DNA of 64,000 bases from Chlorobiota bacterium (GTDB taxonomy: Bacteria; Bacteroidota; Ignavibacteria; Kapaibacteriales; NICIL-2): contig JAOAEV010000109.1 in the NCBI GenBank assembly GCA_026416585.1, positions 12,261 through 76,260 of the forward strand. Reading direction: 5' to 3'. Below, in pieces: positions 10,010 through 22,326 of the stretch (position 1 is the first letter of the stretch; every line of letters starts with the position of its first letter). Position numbers and translations under genes: made by a program. Under the pieces are notes generated by a model. That model did not search any database. It was not told the DNA's origin and was given only the letters and a program-made list of their open reading frames with translations.

Positions 10010-12572
10010 AACGAACGCTGAGTTCCCAATTCTCGGTCGGTTTGGGTGTAAGGGGAATTGGTAGTAATCCACCATTGGACCATAGCGTCAATTGATCGGC
10101 GAAGTGAACGCTGAGCGGATTGCCAGATACACCACCCGGCACGATCGTATAGACGACAGTATCACGCAATCGCAGCACCTGACGCATCGAAGCCCCGATA
10201 TGCATGCTGAATGGACGATGTAAGCGCCATAGTCCATTGGCAAGCGTTGTTGCGTCACCGCCGATTGTCGTCAAACGTCGCTGCAGTAGTGACCGATAGG
10301 CAGGCACCTTCGCAAGAGGGTGCTCCAATTCCAACGTATGAATTTTTCCCCATTGCCATTGGGACATTTGCGGGGAGTACTGTGTACGAAGATGCGTAAT
10401 CGCTTCTTTCCATGCCTGAACCACAGCGCGGTATAGCAATCGTTCTGCAGTTGCACTATCAGAGCTGACCCAGCATGTTGGACGATGCAGGATATCATCC
10501 AAACGACGTAACGGAACAGAGGGAACAAAGGAGTACCGTTGGTATTCGCTCTCCCCGATGCGCAGGCGGAACACAATGTTCGATAAGCGCTCGAGAAACA
10601 CACTGTAGATTGCCGCCGCTGACGAACGAGGATGAAGGTAACAATTCCATCGAGCAAAAATCTGTAACGCCGATAGCTCGATGGAATCCAGTGGTGCGCG
10701 CTCAAGTATTGGCACTGTTCGTCGCTGAATACGCAATGCATATGACGAATACACATCGAGTTGCTCCAGTTGCGCATCACGGACAGTATAGTCGCCCGAC
10801 AAAGAACGTAATTCAGCGATGCGTTCCGCACGTGAACTTGGTTCCCAAAGATAGGAGACAAAAAAAGAGAGAGAGTCGCTCGTTTTATTATTGGCACTGG
10901 CTACATACTTCGACGGTGGATTGTACACTGAGGGGAATGCATTGGTCATGATGCCACGCCAATGATAGCGACGATTCCAACCGGGTCGTGGTAGGTTCGG
11001 ATGTCCGCTATCGCGCTGGGGGACAGAACCTGCTGGCTGTATCCCGATGTTACCAGCAATGTCTGCATACGTGAAGTTCAGTGCTGGAACTGCCCATGTG
11101 CGCAACGCATGACGAAACTGTGTCCACGACCGTGCTCGCATAACCCCGAGTATTGCTGCAACCTCATCACTCGGCTGCAGACCTGTCCATGCGACTGATA
11201 ATGCGTATCGCTCTGCAAGCGATGTACCTGAGTGCGTCAGTGGGAAGCCAATAATTGAATCATTGCGTGCACTCGGATGCACCGAGGAGAGAATGGGTCG
11301 TCCGAGCACTGTTTCAATGCGAATACGATGTTCACTCATCGGTAATCCCTTTCGGCGTGCTTTGATCGTATCAAATCGGACACGAACTTTCAGTTTTTCG
11401 CTCCCAACAATCACCAACGAGGGACGAAGCGAATCGCGTACCTCAATAAAATAGTCACAATCGTCAAGCATGACATTCGTTGCTCCCCATGCGATAGTAT
11501 TGTTGCGACCGCTCAGGACAACTGGCAATCCCGGCACAGTTACCCCAATAACATTATAGTTAGGCGAACTTAGGTGAACTTGATACCAGCGTGGGGGGAG
11601 ACCCAATGCTAAATGGGGATCGTTGGCAAGGATTGCATCGTTGCCGTCTGGACCAGAAAGGGAAACTGCCCACGAATTACTTCCACTGCTGTATCCTTGC
11701 ATCCCAGCCTGGATTCGCGCTGTCGAATATACCGTGGCAAAACGATCGAGTAATCTATCCACTCCTGGAGCATTCCACCACGACGAATGACTTTCTGGTT
11801 GCTGACGCTGAGCTGGGGTTGGTAGCTGATTCGGTTGCAGCACGCGCGGGCTGTAGGGCTGATCCTCCGGAATCAACGCCAATGCCGTCTCAACACCATA
11901 TCGATCAGCGATTTCTCCAAGCACTATATCCACCCAAAAACTCATGCTCAGGTCGAATGCAATCAGACGTCCTATAGCAATACAATCGGTCGCTTCCCAT
12001 GGATCTGGCGTATATCCCAAGGCACCGAATTCGAACGGGAGCTGGTTGCGATGGTTCGATAGAAAAAGGTTCACTCCACGAGCATAGGCAGACAGCACAC
12101 GCTTTGATTCAGCTGACAATCCAGGATAAATCACGGAACGAGTAGTGTGTTCAATCCCAAGTGTACGAAAAAATGCATCTGTTGCAACAAACTGCTCACC
12201 GAAAATTTCTGCTAAGCGTCCCCGTGCAACGCGCCGAAGAAAGTCCATTTGCCACAAACGATCACGGGCGTGAATGTAACCGAGCGCGACAAATGCATCC
12301 TCGTCCTTCACGGCAATGATGTGCGGAATCGCAAATTCATTGCGATAGACAAAGACGCTATCACGAACATCAGTCGTCACGACGGTATCATCATAGAGAG
12401 GGGATTCGTCGAAAGCCAAGTGTATGCCAAAGAGAAGTATGGCTAAAACAATCACACTAAACGTGACAGCAGCCGCTATCACAATAGAGGGAACGCCACC
12501 GACAGCACGGAATCTACCGCCCGAACGAGGCTGCGTCATCGTTCTTACAACCACTTGTTGCGTTTGTACCAC
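9984..12572 (-). CDS. Penicillin-acylase-family Ntn hydrolase (possible acyl-homoserine-lactone / beta-lactam acylase)
   Basis: It is 862 aa with an N-terminal TM anchor. The SNSWAV motif marks the Ntn-nucleophile Ser at the alpha/beta cleavage site (GYSSGSNSWAVSLSG...ANDPHL). Confidence 0.8.
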   Translation of the reverse strand: MVQTQQVVVRTMTQPRSGGRFRAVGGVPSIVIAAAVTFSVIVLAILLFGIHLAFDESPLYDDTVVTTDVRDSVFVYRNEFAIPHIIAVKDEDAFVALGYIHARDRLWQMDFLRRVARGRLAEIFGEQFVATDAFFRTLGIEHTTRSVIYPGLSAESKRVLSAYARGVNLFLSNHRNQLPFEFGALGYTPDPWEATDCIAIGRLIAFDLSMSFWVDIVLGEIADRYGVETALALIPEDQPYSPRVLQPNQLPTPAQRQQPESHSSWWNAPGVDRLLDRFATVYSTARIQAGMQGYSSGSNSWAVSLSGPDGNDAILANDPHLALGLPPRWYQVHLSSPNYNVIGVTVPGLPVVLSGRNNTIAWGATNVMLDDCDYFIEVRDSLRPSLVIVGSEKLKVRVRFDTIKARRKGLPMSEHRIRIETVLGRPILSSVHPSARNDSIIGFPLTHSGTSLAERYALSVAWTGLQPSDEVAAILGVMRARSWTQFRHALRTWAVPALNFTYADIAGNIGIQPAGSVPQRDSGHPNLPRPGWNRRYHWRGIMTNAFPSVYNPPSKYVASANNKTSDSLSFFVSYLWEPSSRAERIAELRSLSGDYTVRDAQLEQLDVYSSYALRIQRRTVPILERAPLDSIELSALQIFARWNCYLHPRSSAAAIYSVFLERLSNIVFRLRIGESEYQRYSFVPSVPLRRLDDILHRPTCWVSSDSATAERLLYRAVVQAWKEAITHLRTQYSPQMSQWQWGKIHTLELEHPLAKVPAYRSLLQRRLTTIGGDATTLANGLWRLHRPFSMHIGASMRQVLRLRDTVVYTIVPGGVSGNPLSVHFADQLTLWSNGGLLPIPLTPKPTENWELSVRFIPIRQSR

Positions 12573-13531
12573 TCGATTGTTTCTGCAATGCCGTCTTCGA
12601 GCGATACCTGCTGACGGTACCTGAAATCACACCGAGCACGTTGCGTCGAGCAAATCCAATAGCGCTGAATAATATCACGGCCTTTATGGTAATCGAGAAC
12701 AGGGGCTTGTCCACGAAGGTGACCAATCCATCCAGATAGTGCAGCGATGACTAACACCAGAGCATGAGGAATCACTACCGGTACTGCACGCCGTCCGACA
12801 ACGGCAGCGGTTGTTATTCCAATCTGTTTCCATGTGTAAAACTCATCACTGGCAACGAAATAGGTTTTCCCGATTGTTGCTCCGGACTCAAATGCATCCA
12901 CAATTCCCCGTGCTAAATCACGAATGTGAACTAAGCTTACCCATTTCGGACGAAAGCCGATCAGCGGCACGATACCCTGATAGACGGCACGAAAGAACGG
13001 AAGAGTAGCTTCATCGCGTTCTCCATAGACTGCTGGCGGTCGAATGATTGTTATCGGAATCTCCGATGCAGCAGATTGAACGACTTCTTCGGCAGCTTTT
13101 TTGCTAATGCCATACGGAGTAATCGGGTGCAGCGGTGAGTCCTCGGTGACAGGGTGTTCCAGGTCAGTTGCCGGCCCGGTAACCGCTAAGCTACTCAGAT
13201 GCAGAAAGCGCCAGAAATTACTCTGCATTGTAGCCCGCGTTGCAGCGATCATTCGCTCGGTCGCTCCGCGATTGCCCTCCATGAACTCTTGCATCGAGCG
13301 CGCCGCAATGACCCCTGCCACGTGGATGACTCCATGAACACCTTCAAGAGCAGCGCTAAGTGACTCGACAGAATCGAACGAACACTCAGCTACCTCGAAG
13401 ACTTTGCCTTGAAGCCACCGGCGGTTACTGTTTTTCCGAACTAAGCAACGAACGACATAGCCACGACGGAGAAGCTCATCAGCAACGTGACTACCGACGA
13501 ACCCCGTGGCACCAGTTAGTGCAACAACCAT
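12545..13531 (-). CDS. NAD-dependent epimerase/dehydratase-family (extended SDR) protein
   Basis: It has a Rossmann motif (MVVALTGATGFVGSHV) and a YxxxK-type extended-SDR architecture. I trimmed the start to MVVALTG. Confidence 0.7.
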   Translation of the reverse strand: MVVALTGATGFVGSHVADELLRRGYVVRCLVRKNSNRRWLQGKVFEVAECSFDSVESLSAALEGVHGVIHVAGVIAARSMQEFMEGNRGATERMIAATRATMQSNFWRFLHLSSLAVTGPATDLEHPVTEDSPLHPITPYGISKKAAEEVVQSAASEIPITIIRPPAVYGERDEATLPFFRAVYQGIVPLIGFRPKWVSLVHIRDLARGIVDAFESGATIGKTYFVASDEFYTWKQIGITTAAVVGRRAVPVVIPHALVLVIAALSGWIGHLRGQAPVLDYHKGRDIIQRYWICSTQRARCDFRYRQQVSLEDGIAETIEWYKRNKWL

Positions 13532-13622
13532 AAGTTCAATGAGGTGTTCGCAAATCAGAACGGCGTGCAAAACTATCGATAGAAGAGGCGAAAAAAGTAT
13601 TTCTAATGCTGGAATATCATGA

Positions 13623-15707
<2,085 letters not shown>

Positions 15708-17066
15708 TTAGCTCGACGTAGATGCTGGAGCACCTGTTGCTTGTAGCTCGCGTAGAAGTGCCTGACGCTCAATTTCTAATTGACGTATCCGCCGTTCGAG
15801 TAGGTCAAGCTCTTCAGGGAGTGAATCTATCTCCATCCGGAGTTTTGCTGCTGCTTCGTCAACCAAATCAATTGCTTTGTCCGGTAGAAAACGATCAGTG
15901 ATGTAACGGTGCGACAGTTGCGCAGCAGCAACGATGGCTGCATCTGTAATCCGAACCCCATGATGTACTTCGTAGCGCTCTTTTAGTCCACGGAGAATCG
16001 AAATCGTGTCCTCTACCGACGGTTCATCAACGAACACTTTTTGGAAGCGCCGTTCCAATGCGGGGTCTTTTTCGATGTACTTCTGATACTCATCAAGCGT
16101 TGTCGCGCCGATACACCGAAGCTCACCTCGTGCCAAAGCAGGCTTGAGAATGTTCGCTGCATCCATACTACCTTGTGTTGCGCCAGCGCCGATGAGCGTA
16201 TGAATTTCATCGATGAACAAGATGATTTCACCATTCGAATCGCTCACCTCTTTGACAACTGCCTTGAGACGTTCTTCAAATTGACCGCGGAAACTCGTGC
16301 CTGCTACCAATGCACCCATGTCGAGTGCGACGATGGTTTTGGTACGCAGAGGTTCTGGTACATCGCCACTAACAATTCGTTGGGCGATACCTTCAACGAT
16401 TGCAGTTTTACCGACGCCAGGCTCACCAATGAGAACAGGATTGTTTTTAGTCCGCCGTGAAAGAACCTGAAGAACACGACGTATTTCATCTTCGCGACCA
16501 ATGACCGGATCGATTTTCCCTTTACGTGCTTCATCGTTGAGATTTCGTCCGTATTTCTGCAGTGCTTGATACTGTTCCTCGGGATTTTGATCAGTGATGC
16601 GGGAATCTTTTCGGATATCCCGAATGATTTTCATGATCGCATCACGTGTGATGCTCTGATCGAGCAGGATTCGTTGTGCACTTGATTTTTCCGTCACGAG
16701 TGCCAGTAGAATATGCTCAACGCTAACGTACTCATCCCGCATCTGCTGGGCTTCACGGAACGCTTGCTGGAGCACGCTGCTAAGAGAACTCGACACGTAC
16801 GTATCACCCCCGCTGACTTTCGGGAGGCGTTCAATTTCTTCCGTGGTTTTGGCTTTGATGTAGGCCACATTACCGCCAATTCGACCGATAATAGTTGCCG
16901 CTAATCCTTGAGTATCTTCCACCAGTGCCGCCAATACATGCACAGGCTCTAACGATTGATTGTTAGCAGCGAGTGCAATTTCCTGGGCACGCTGAAATGC
17001 CTCTTGCGATTTGAGAGTTAGTTTGTTGAAGTTCATTGCACTAATTATACAGATGTAGACGCACAC
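15708..17066 (-). CDS. clpB: ClpB-like AAA+ chaperone, truncated to the N-domain, NBD1 and part of the M-domain (452 aa). It is a possible pseudogene.
   Basis: The Clp N-domain repeats are present, followed by NBD1 Walker A ([13 protein letters not shown]) and Walker B ([10 protein letters not shown]). The coiled-coil M-domain begins ([21 protein letters not shown]) and then the frame stops. NBD2 is absent. The stop codon directly abuts the gyrB stop on the opposite strand. Confidence 0.7.
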   Translation of the reverse strand: MCVYICIISAMNFNKLTLKSQEAFQRAQEIALAANNQSLEPVHVLAALVEDTQGLAATIIGRIGGNVAYIKAKTTEEIERLPKVSGGDTYVSSSLSSVLQQAFREAQQMRDEYVSVEHILLALVTEKSSAQRILLDQSITRDAIMKIIRDIRKDSRITDQNPEEQYQALQKYGRNLNDEARKGKIDPVIGREDEIRRVLQVLSRRTKNNPVLIGEPGVGKTAIVEGIAQRIVSGDVPEPLRTKTIVALDMGALVAGTSFRGQFEERLKAVVKEVSDSNGEIILFIDEIHTLIGAGATQGSMDAANILKPALARGELRCIGATTLDEYQKYIEKDPALERRFQKVFVDEPSVEDTISILRGLKERYEVHHGVRITDAAIVAAAQLSHRYITDRFLPDKAIDLVDEAAAKLRMEIDSLPEELDLLERRIRQLEIERQALLRELQATGAPASTSS

Positions 17067-17149
17067 ACATTGCTACTGTACAGCTTAGACGAGTCATTCG
17101 AAAAAATAGCGCATTCGTGCTATGCTATCCCGGCGTTGTAGGGTAGGTA

Positions 17150-17905
17150 TTACAAGCGTCGTTTAAGCAGCTCGATTGCTTTCTCATCTGTTAGTTGGTA
17201 ATGAATCGGTGTAATTGCGATATAGCCACGATCAACAGCGACGTCATCCGAATTCGGATCGTCATCGAGATGATTGTAAGTACCAGCCAGCCAATAATAC
17301 GGACGCCCCATCGGATCAAGCCGTTCGTGGTAGGTGTCGTTCCAATACCCTTGCCCCTGACGGGTGATACGGATGCCCTTGACTTGATCCTCAGGAAGAG
17401 CAGGAACATTCACATTGAGCAACGTAGAAGGTGGTAATTCAAGATTGTGATACTGTTCGACCAAGTACGCAGCGGTTCGCGCAGCAACAGAACAATCCAC
17501 CTCTTCGTCGAACGAACCAAGTGAAATGGCTATAGCGGGAATTCCAAGAAGTATAGCTTCTGTTGCTGCCGAGACTGTACCAGAGTAGAGAACGTTGATG
17601 CCGGTATTGTATCCATGATTGATACCGGAGACGACGATATCCGGCTTTCGATCAAGCAAGCGGGCAACGGCAAGCTTAATACAATCAGCAGGTGTTCCAC
17701 TGACAGCATAACCGAAAAATTGATTATCCCGCCAAAAGCGTGTTACTCGCAGTGGTTCACTTACGGTGAGTGCATGACCAACTGCACTCTGCTGGCGGTC
17801 CGGTGCAACGACTGTCACCGTACCCAGAGAGCGCAGCGCGGTAGCGAGTGCATAGATACCTGCAGATGTAATGCCATCATCGTTGGTTACCAGAATATTC
17901 ATCAT
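17150..17905 (-). CDS. surE: 5'/3'-nucleotidase SurE
   Basis: MMNILVTNDDGITSAGI is the SurE N-terminal signature. Length is 251 aa. Confidence 0.85.
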   Translation of the reverse strand: MMNILVTNDDGITSAGIYALATALRSLGTVTVVAPDRQQSAVGHALTVSEPLRVTRFWRDNQFFGYAVSGTPADCIKLAVARLLDRKPDIVVSGINHGYNTGINVLYSGTVSAATEAILLGIPAIAISLGSFDEEVDCSVAARTAAYLVEQYHNLELPPSTLLNVNVPALPEDQVKGIRITRQGQGYWNDTYHERLDPMGRPYYWLAGTYNHLDDDPNSDDVAVDRGYIAITPIHYQLTDEKAIELLKRRL

Positions 17906-18957
17906 GCATCAGATAAAGTGTGTGATAGATGCTTTCGAATGACGTCAAGTGCGTTTTCACCAAAGCAATGGAGGATAACTCCACCGCGTACTTCATTGCG
18001 GAGCCAGGTGTACTGGCGTTTCGCATAATTCCTGGTTCGCTGCTCGGTATGCTCGATAGCCTCATCGAGACTCATACGGTTCTCCAGATGAGCGAGTGCT
18101 TCTGCATAACCAATCGTGCTGAAAATTGATAGCGTGGAATGATATCCTGCATCAAGAAGGGATAAAGTTTCCGTGAGCAGTCCAGCGTTCCACATTTGCC
18201 TGGTACGCAACCGAATACGGCTGTATAAGTCTTTCCGATCTGGTAGCAAAACGAATGAGACGATACTCATCGGTGGGGGCAATTGATGCATCGTTTGTCG
18301 TGCCGTACTGATTGGAATACCATGCGCGTAGAAAAACTCCAGGGCTCGAAGAATCCGACGCGGATTGCGATCGGAATAAAGCATGGCTGATTCCGGGTCA
18401 ACACGCTGTAATTCAGCATAGAGTACATCGCGACCTTCTACGTGTAATCGCTCTTCGAGGGTTGCGCGTACACTTTCCGGTACTGCCGCCGGTTCCCGGA
18501 CAAAGCCATTGATAATTGCACGAACGTAAAGCCCGCTTCCACCAACGATGAGAGGAATTTTGCCTTTTGAGGTGATCTCTTCAATCCATCCCCATGCCAG
18601 CTGAGCAAACGTACCTGCCGAAATACAATTGTCGGGTGTACAAATGTCGAGTCCATGGTAATGGTAATGTTGCCGTTCTGCAGGGGTCGGTTTTGCCGTC
18701 CCGATATCGAGACCAATGTACACCTGTCGTGAATCAGCGGAGATTATCTCGATAGGATATTCTTCCGCTAGTGCGTGTGCAAGGACTGTTTTACCCGACG
18801 CAGTTGGACCTTGGACAACAACAACTGTCGGTGGTGCCGTGGGGATATTACTACTGGCCAGCTGATGAATTTGCTGCTGACGTATCTGATCGAACAAAGG
18901 GGACGAATCGGAAGCGCTGTGCTGATGCATACACATCGTATTCGCTATCACTAACAC
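17902..18957 (-). CDS. miaA: tRNA dimethylallyltransferase MiaA. The start is uncertain.
   Basis: It has a P-loop (GPTASGKT) and the motifs DSRQVYIGLDIGTAKPT and YAKRQYTWLRN. The track ORF's 5' region overlaps the pcm 3' end, so an internal start is likely. Confidence 0.8.
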   Translation of the reverse strand: MLVIANTMCMHQHSASDSSPLFDQIRQQQIHQLASSNIPTAPPTVVVVQGPTASGKTVLAHALAEEYPIEIISADSRQVYIGLDIGTAKPTPAERQHYHYHGLDICTPDNCISAGTFAQLAWGWIEEITSKGKIPLIVGGSGLYVRAIINGFVREPAAVPESVRATLEERLHVEGRDVLYAELQRVDPESAMLYSDRNPRRILRALEFFYAHGIPISTARQTMHQLPPPMSIVSFVLLPDRKDLYSRIRLRTRQMWNAGLLTETLSLLDAGYHSTLSIFSTIGYAEALAHLENRMSLDEAIEHTEQRTRNYAKRQYTWLRNEVRGGVILHCFGENALDVIRKHLSHTLSDA

Positions 18958-19516
18958 GCGTAATTACATACATACTCTGATCGCTCTCACCAACGGGGAC
19001 AACCATTTTACCGCGAATTGCAAGTTGGCGAGCCAGATTCATTGGTATTTCTTGGGCAGCAGCAGTGACGATAATTCGGTCATAAGGTGCAGCATCTGGA
19101 TATCCATTCCACCCATCTCCAATGATCAGACTCGGAGAGTAACCAAGTTCTGTAAGTATCGTTTGTGCTTGCTTACTCAGCTCGGCAATCCGATCGATAC
19201 TCCATACCTGAGCTCCAAGTGCACACAAAATAGCAGTCTGATAACCGCTACCGGTTCCGATTTCCAGCACACGATGACCGCGCCGAACATCGAGCTGTTG
19301 GGTCATATAGGCGACTGTATAGGGCTGGGAAATTGTTTGTCCATGTCCGATCGGGAGAGAGGTATCCTCGTAACTGCGATGGTAGAGAGAAGGAGGGACA
19401 AAACACTCACGTGGTACGGCAGCAATTGCATCGAGCACTTTCTGTTCGATGCCACGTCGCTGCAGCGATGCAAGTAACTCTCGTTTCGACTCCTCAACGA
19501 TAAAGCGGTGGTTCAT
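18851..19516 (-). CDS. pcm: Protein-L-isoaspartate O-methyltransferase
   Basis: GHGQTISQPYTVAYM and the VLEIGTGSGYQTA SAM-binding motif match Pcm. Confidence 0.85.
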   Translation of the reverse strand: MNHRFIVEESKRELLASLQRRGIEQKVLDAIAAVPRECFVPPSLYHRSYEDTSLPIGHGQTISQPYTVAYMTQQLDVRRGHRVLEIGTGSGYQTAILCALGAQVWSIDRIAELSKQAQTILTELGYSPSLIIGDGWNGYPDAAPYDRIIVTAAAQEIPMNLARQLAIRGKMVVPVGESDQSMYVITRVSDSEYDVYASAQRFRFVPFVRSDTSAANSSAGQ

Positions 19517-20316
19517 ACGGTCGAAGGTGCTGTATCGGTCCGTTCGAATGTCGGTTTGAGGTGTTCAAGCAATTCTGAGCGTAATTGCTCAGAGGGAATA
19601 TTCAACATTAATTTCCCACGATCAGCAAGTGAGATGTCACCAGTTTCTTCGGAAACAATGAGTGTCAGAACGTCGGACTGCTCCGAAATTCCGAGTGCAG
19701 CACGATGGCGAGTACCGAGATTTTTCCCCCCGAACTTGCGTTGACTACTGAGCGGGAGAATACATCGTGCAGCAACGACGGTAGATCCTTCAATCACAAC
19801 TGCACCGTCATGGAGCGGGGAGCGAGGATTAAAAATTGAAAGGAGAAGCTCCGACGAAACAACGGCCTTGAGTGGTATTCCTGTTTCGATCGTTACACGG
19901 ATATTCTGCCCCCGCGAAAAAACGATCAACGCACCGATATGCTTTTCAGAAAGCTCCTTAACTGCTTCGACTACTTCTTCGATGGTCTGATCGAGTCCGC
20001 CTCGTGTGAAAAGTTGAAAAAGTCGCGTTTGTGTCATCTCGGTCAGTAAGCGCCGCAACTCAGGTTGGAACAACACAATAAACGCAATCAGCCATACGCT
20101 CATGATCGAGTTGATGATCCAACTGAGCGTTTTCATGTTAGCGCTACTGACGACAAACGAGATTGCGACCAAAAAAAGCAAGCCGAAGAGAATCTGGACT
20201 GCGACGGTTGCGCGCAGCGAACGATAAATCGCGTAAATAAGAATCGTCACAAAAAGGATATCGAGTACATCGGTCAGTGTGACGGTTAAAAAACCTATGC
20301 GGAAGAGTTCAATCAT
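19513..20316 (-). CDS. cdaA: Diadenylate cyclase CdaA (c-di-AMP synthase) with a three-TM N-terminus
   Basis: The DAC-domain motifs LHDGAVVI and GTRHRAALG are present behind an N-terminal membrane anchor. Confidence 0.8.
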   Translation of the reverse strand: MIELFRIGFLTVTLTDVLDILFVTILIYAIYRSLRATVAVQILFGLLFLVAISFVVSSANMKTLSWIINSIMSVWLIAFIVLFQPELRRLLTEMTQTRLFQLFTRGGLDQTIEEVVEAVKELSEKHIGALIVFSRGQNIRVTIETGIPLKAVVSSELLLSIFNPRSPLHDGAVVIEGSTVVAARCILPLSSQRKFGGKNLGTRHRAALGISEQSDVLTLIVSEETGDISLADRGKLMLNIPSEQLRSELLEHLKPTFERTDTAPSTV

Positions 20317-21335
20317 TGCTCATTGGGATCGTTTGCTTGCTTCTGCTGCGAGCGTTGATGCTCAGAACGTTCGTAGGCAGCGATGATGTCTTTGACAAGC
20401 TTATGGCGTACGACATCCGTTTTTTCGAAGTAGACAAACTCAATCCCGTCGATCCCACGCAAAATGTTACTCACGTCGAGCAAACCAGACTGTGCAGGCG
20501 ATGTCAGATCAATTTGTGTAACATCTCCAGTGACAATCGCCTTGGAGCCCTGACCCAGTCTTGTTAGGAACATCTTCATTTGTCCGATCGTGGTATTCTG
20601 CGCTTCATCGAGTATGATGAACGCATTGTTGAGTGTCCGACCCCGCATGTATGCTAACGGGATGATCTCGATGATCTGCTTTTCGTTGAGCTGCTTCAGT
20701 TTGTCCGGACTGACCATATCGGAAACAGCATCGAGCAGAGGGCGGAGATAGGGGTGAACCTTTTCGAACAAATCACCTGGAAGATATCCAAGTGATTCAC
20801 CAGCCTCGACAGCAGGGCGTGTCAATATAATCCGCTGCACGCGATTCGATCGAAGTGCAGCGAGTGCCATCGCAACGGCAAGATACGTTTTTCCGGTACC
20901 AGCAGGACCAATGGCAAACACAACATCACAATGAGAAACCTTTTCGACATACTCACGCTGGCGCTCCGTACGCGGTCTGACAGGATCTTTCCGGCCCCAA
21001 ACGATAACATCGCTATTGGGCTTGCTATTGTTGCTGAATAGAGAAACTGCGTCAACCGACTCTGTGCCATTGATCAGTTCGATGATCTCTTCGACATCAG
21101 CAGTCGTTAGAGCACCTTTTCGTTTGAGGACGTAGAGCATTTCGCCGATGACGCATTCAAGGAGCCGTATTTCGTCCGGTGAGCCACGAAGCGACAGTGT
21201 ATTGTTACGGAAAACAATTGTAGCGGGGAAGCGGCTTTCGAGCAGGTGTAGATGTACATCATTAGCACCAAGCAACGCTGCCGGATCAGCTTCTCCGATT
21301 TTGATACGGCGCTCTATCTCCATCGAGATATACAT
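20313..21335 (-). CDS. phoH: PhoH-family ATPase (PhoH/YbeZ-like)
   Basis: A P-loop (IGPAGTGKTYLAVAMA) with a PhoH-like C-terminal region, 340 aa. Confidence 0.8.
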   Translation of the reverse strand: MYISMEIERRIKIGEADPAALLGANDVHLHLLESRFPATIVFRNNTLSLRGSPDEIRLLECVIGEMLYVLKRKGALTTADVEEIIELINGTESVDAVSLFSNNSKPNSDVIVWGRKDPVRPRTERQREYVEKVSHCDVVFAIGPAGTGKTYLAVAMALAALRSNRVQRIILTRPAVEAGESLGYLPGDLFEKVHPYLRPLLDAVSDMVSPDKLKQLNEKQIIEIIPLAYMRGRTLNNAFIILDEAQNTTIGQMKMFLTRLGQGSKAIVTGDVTQIDLTSPAQSGLLDVSNILRGIDGIEFVYFEKTDVVRHKLVKDIIAAYERSEHQRSQQKQANDPNEQ

Positions 21336-21406
21336 TGGTGGTACAAATCATTGCTTCTACAATATACAACGAATAGCACTGCTTTGAAATGTATTTCTAA
21401 CAAGAG

Positions 21407-21439
21407 CGAGGGGCACACCACCTCTGCGTGTGCCCCTCG
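21407..21439 (-). terminator. Perfect GC-rich 12-bp hairpin with a 9-nt loop, a candidate intrinsic terminator for the lipoprotein gene that ends at 21467
   Basis: The arms CGAGGGGCACAC and GTGTGCCCCTCG are exact reverse complements. The minus-strand downstream flank is moderately U-rich (cuuguuagaaauacauuuc). It lies in the 131-nt gap between the lipoprotein gene and phoH. Confidence 0.45.
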
Positions 21440-21466
21440 TCACTTACTGTCTCGATGGCCGAGCCT

Positions 21467-22306
21467 CTATTTAGGTTCACCGCGTTCAGAGGATTCTGGT
21501 GATGGCGATGTTGCTGTTTGTTGTTGCTCTTGAGCTGCCATTGCTTGACGTTTTTTGCGCCAATAGCGCCGTTCAGCTCGTTTTTCTTCTGGCGTTAAGG
21601 GACCTGGCGGAGGAATGCTCAATTCCCAGCCCGGTTGAATGATGTCGGGATTACGAATCAGGTCGGTATTAGCTTGCCAAATTTTTGGCCAGTGGTAGGG
21701 ATCGCCATAGACGTCTTGCTGTCCGGCAATATTCCACAGACAATCTTTCGATTCACGCCACGGACGAACCGCGTACTTTCCTCGCCATGCTGGCTTCCGT
21801 TCGAGCAGGGACTGAATGTCACGCCGTGCTGCAATCATGCGATCGAAGAATTCCTGCATCACAGCAATTTTTTCATTGCGGAGCCGATTCCATTCAGCAG
21901 CAAGTGCATATATTTCGCCACGTCGTGGCTCAAAGTCATTATCACTCAAGCCGCGCAGCTCTCGAATACGCCCCTCAAGGCGCCCCAGTCGCTCGCGGAA
22001 CTGGTTGATCTGCGCCTCAGTGGCACCAATAAGCCGATTATTCTCATCCTGGCAACGCTTGAGGTCAGCCACAGCGGTATTGAGCCGCTCTTCGAGAAGC
22101 TTGATTTCTCCTTGCGCTTTTTGCTCATCGTCTTCGAGCTTGCGAATGCGCATACGCCAATCGTCAAGCCGCAAGATTGCCTGGTCGTAGGTCAGCAAAC
22201 TATCTGGCGTGCTTTCTGGAGCGCGGACAACCTGAGACGAACCACAACTGATCAACCCAATCGCTGCAGCTACTGAGACTATTCCTGCAATAACACATCG
22301 TTTCAT
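21467..22306 (-). CDS. Lipoprotein with a coiled-coil region and a C-terminal LysM peptidoglycan-binding domain
   Basis: It has a signal peptide and lipobox (AAIGLISCGSS), a heptad-rich Arg/Glu/Leu segment, and a LysM-like C-terminus (DCLWNIAGQQDVYGDPYHWPKIWQANTDLIRNPDIIQPGWELSIP). Confidence 0.65.
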   Translation of the reverse strand: MKRCVIAGIVSVAAAIGLISCGSSQVVRAPESTPDSLLTYDQAILRLDDWRMRIRKLEDDEQKAQGEIKLLEERLNTAVADLKRCQDENNRLIGATEAQINQFRERLGRLEGRIRELRGLSDNDFEPRRGEIYALAAEWNRLRNEKIAVMQEFFDRMIAARRDIQSLLERKPAWRGKYAVRPWRESKDCLWNIAGQQDVYGDPYHWPKIWQANTDLIRNPDIIQPGWELSIPPPGPLTPEEKRAERRYWRKKRQAMAAQEQQQTATSPSPESSERGEPK

Positions 22307-22326
22307 TGCACACTCCGTGGATGATA

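Noticed and set aside
10271-10897. 208-aa minus-strand ORF and several 60-160-aa plus-strand ORFs within 9984..12572
   Set aside because: They are all alternate frames of the penicillin-acylase-family gene, whose frame is confirmed by the SNSWAV nucleophile motif.
21635-22276. 213-aa plus-strand ORF (and 21685..22008, 21816..22190) covering the LysM lipoprotein gene region
   Set aside because: It lies entirely antisense to a gene with clear signal-peptide, lipobox and LysM features. The product is low-complexity and Ser/Arg-rich, so it is a shadow ORF.
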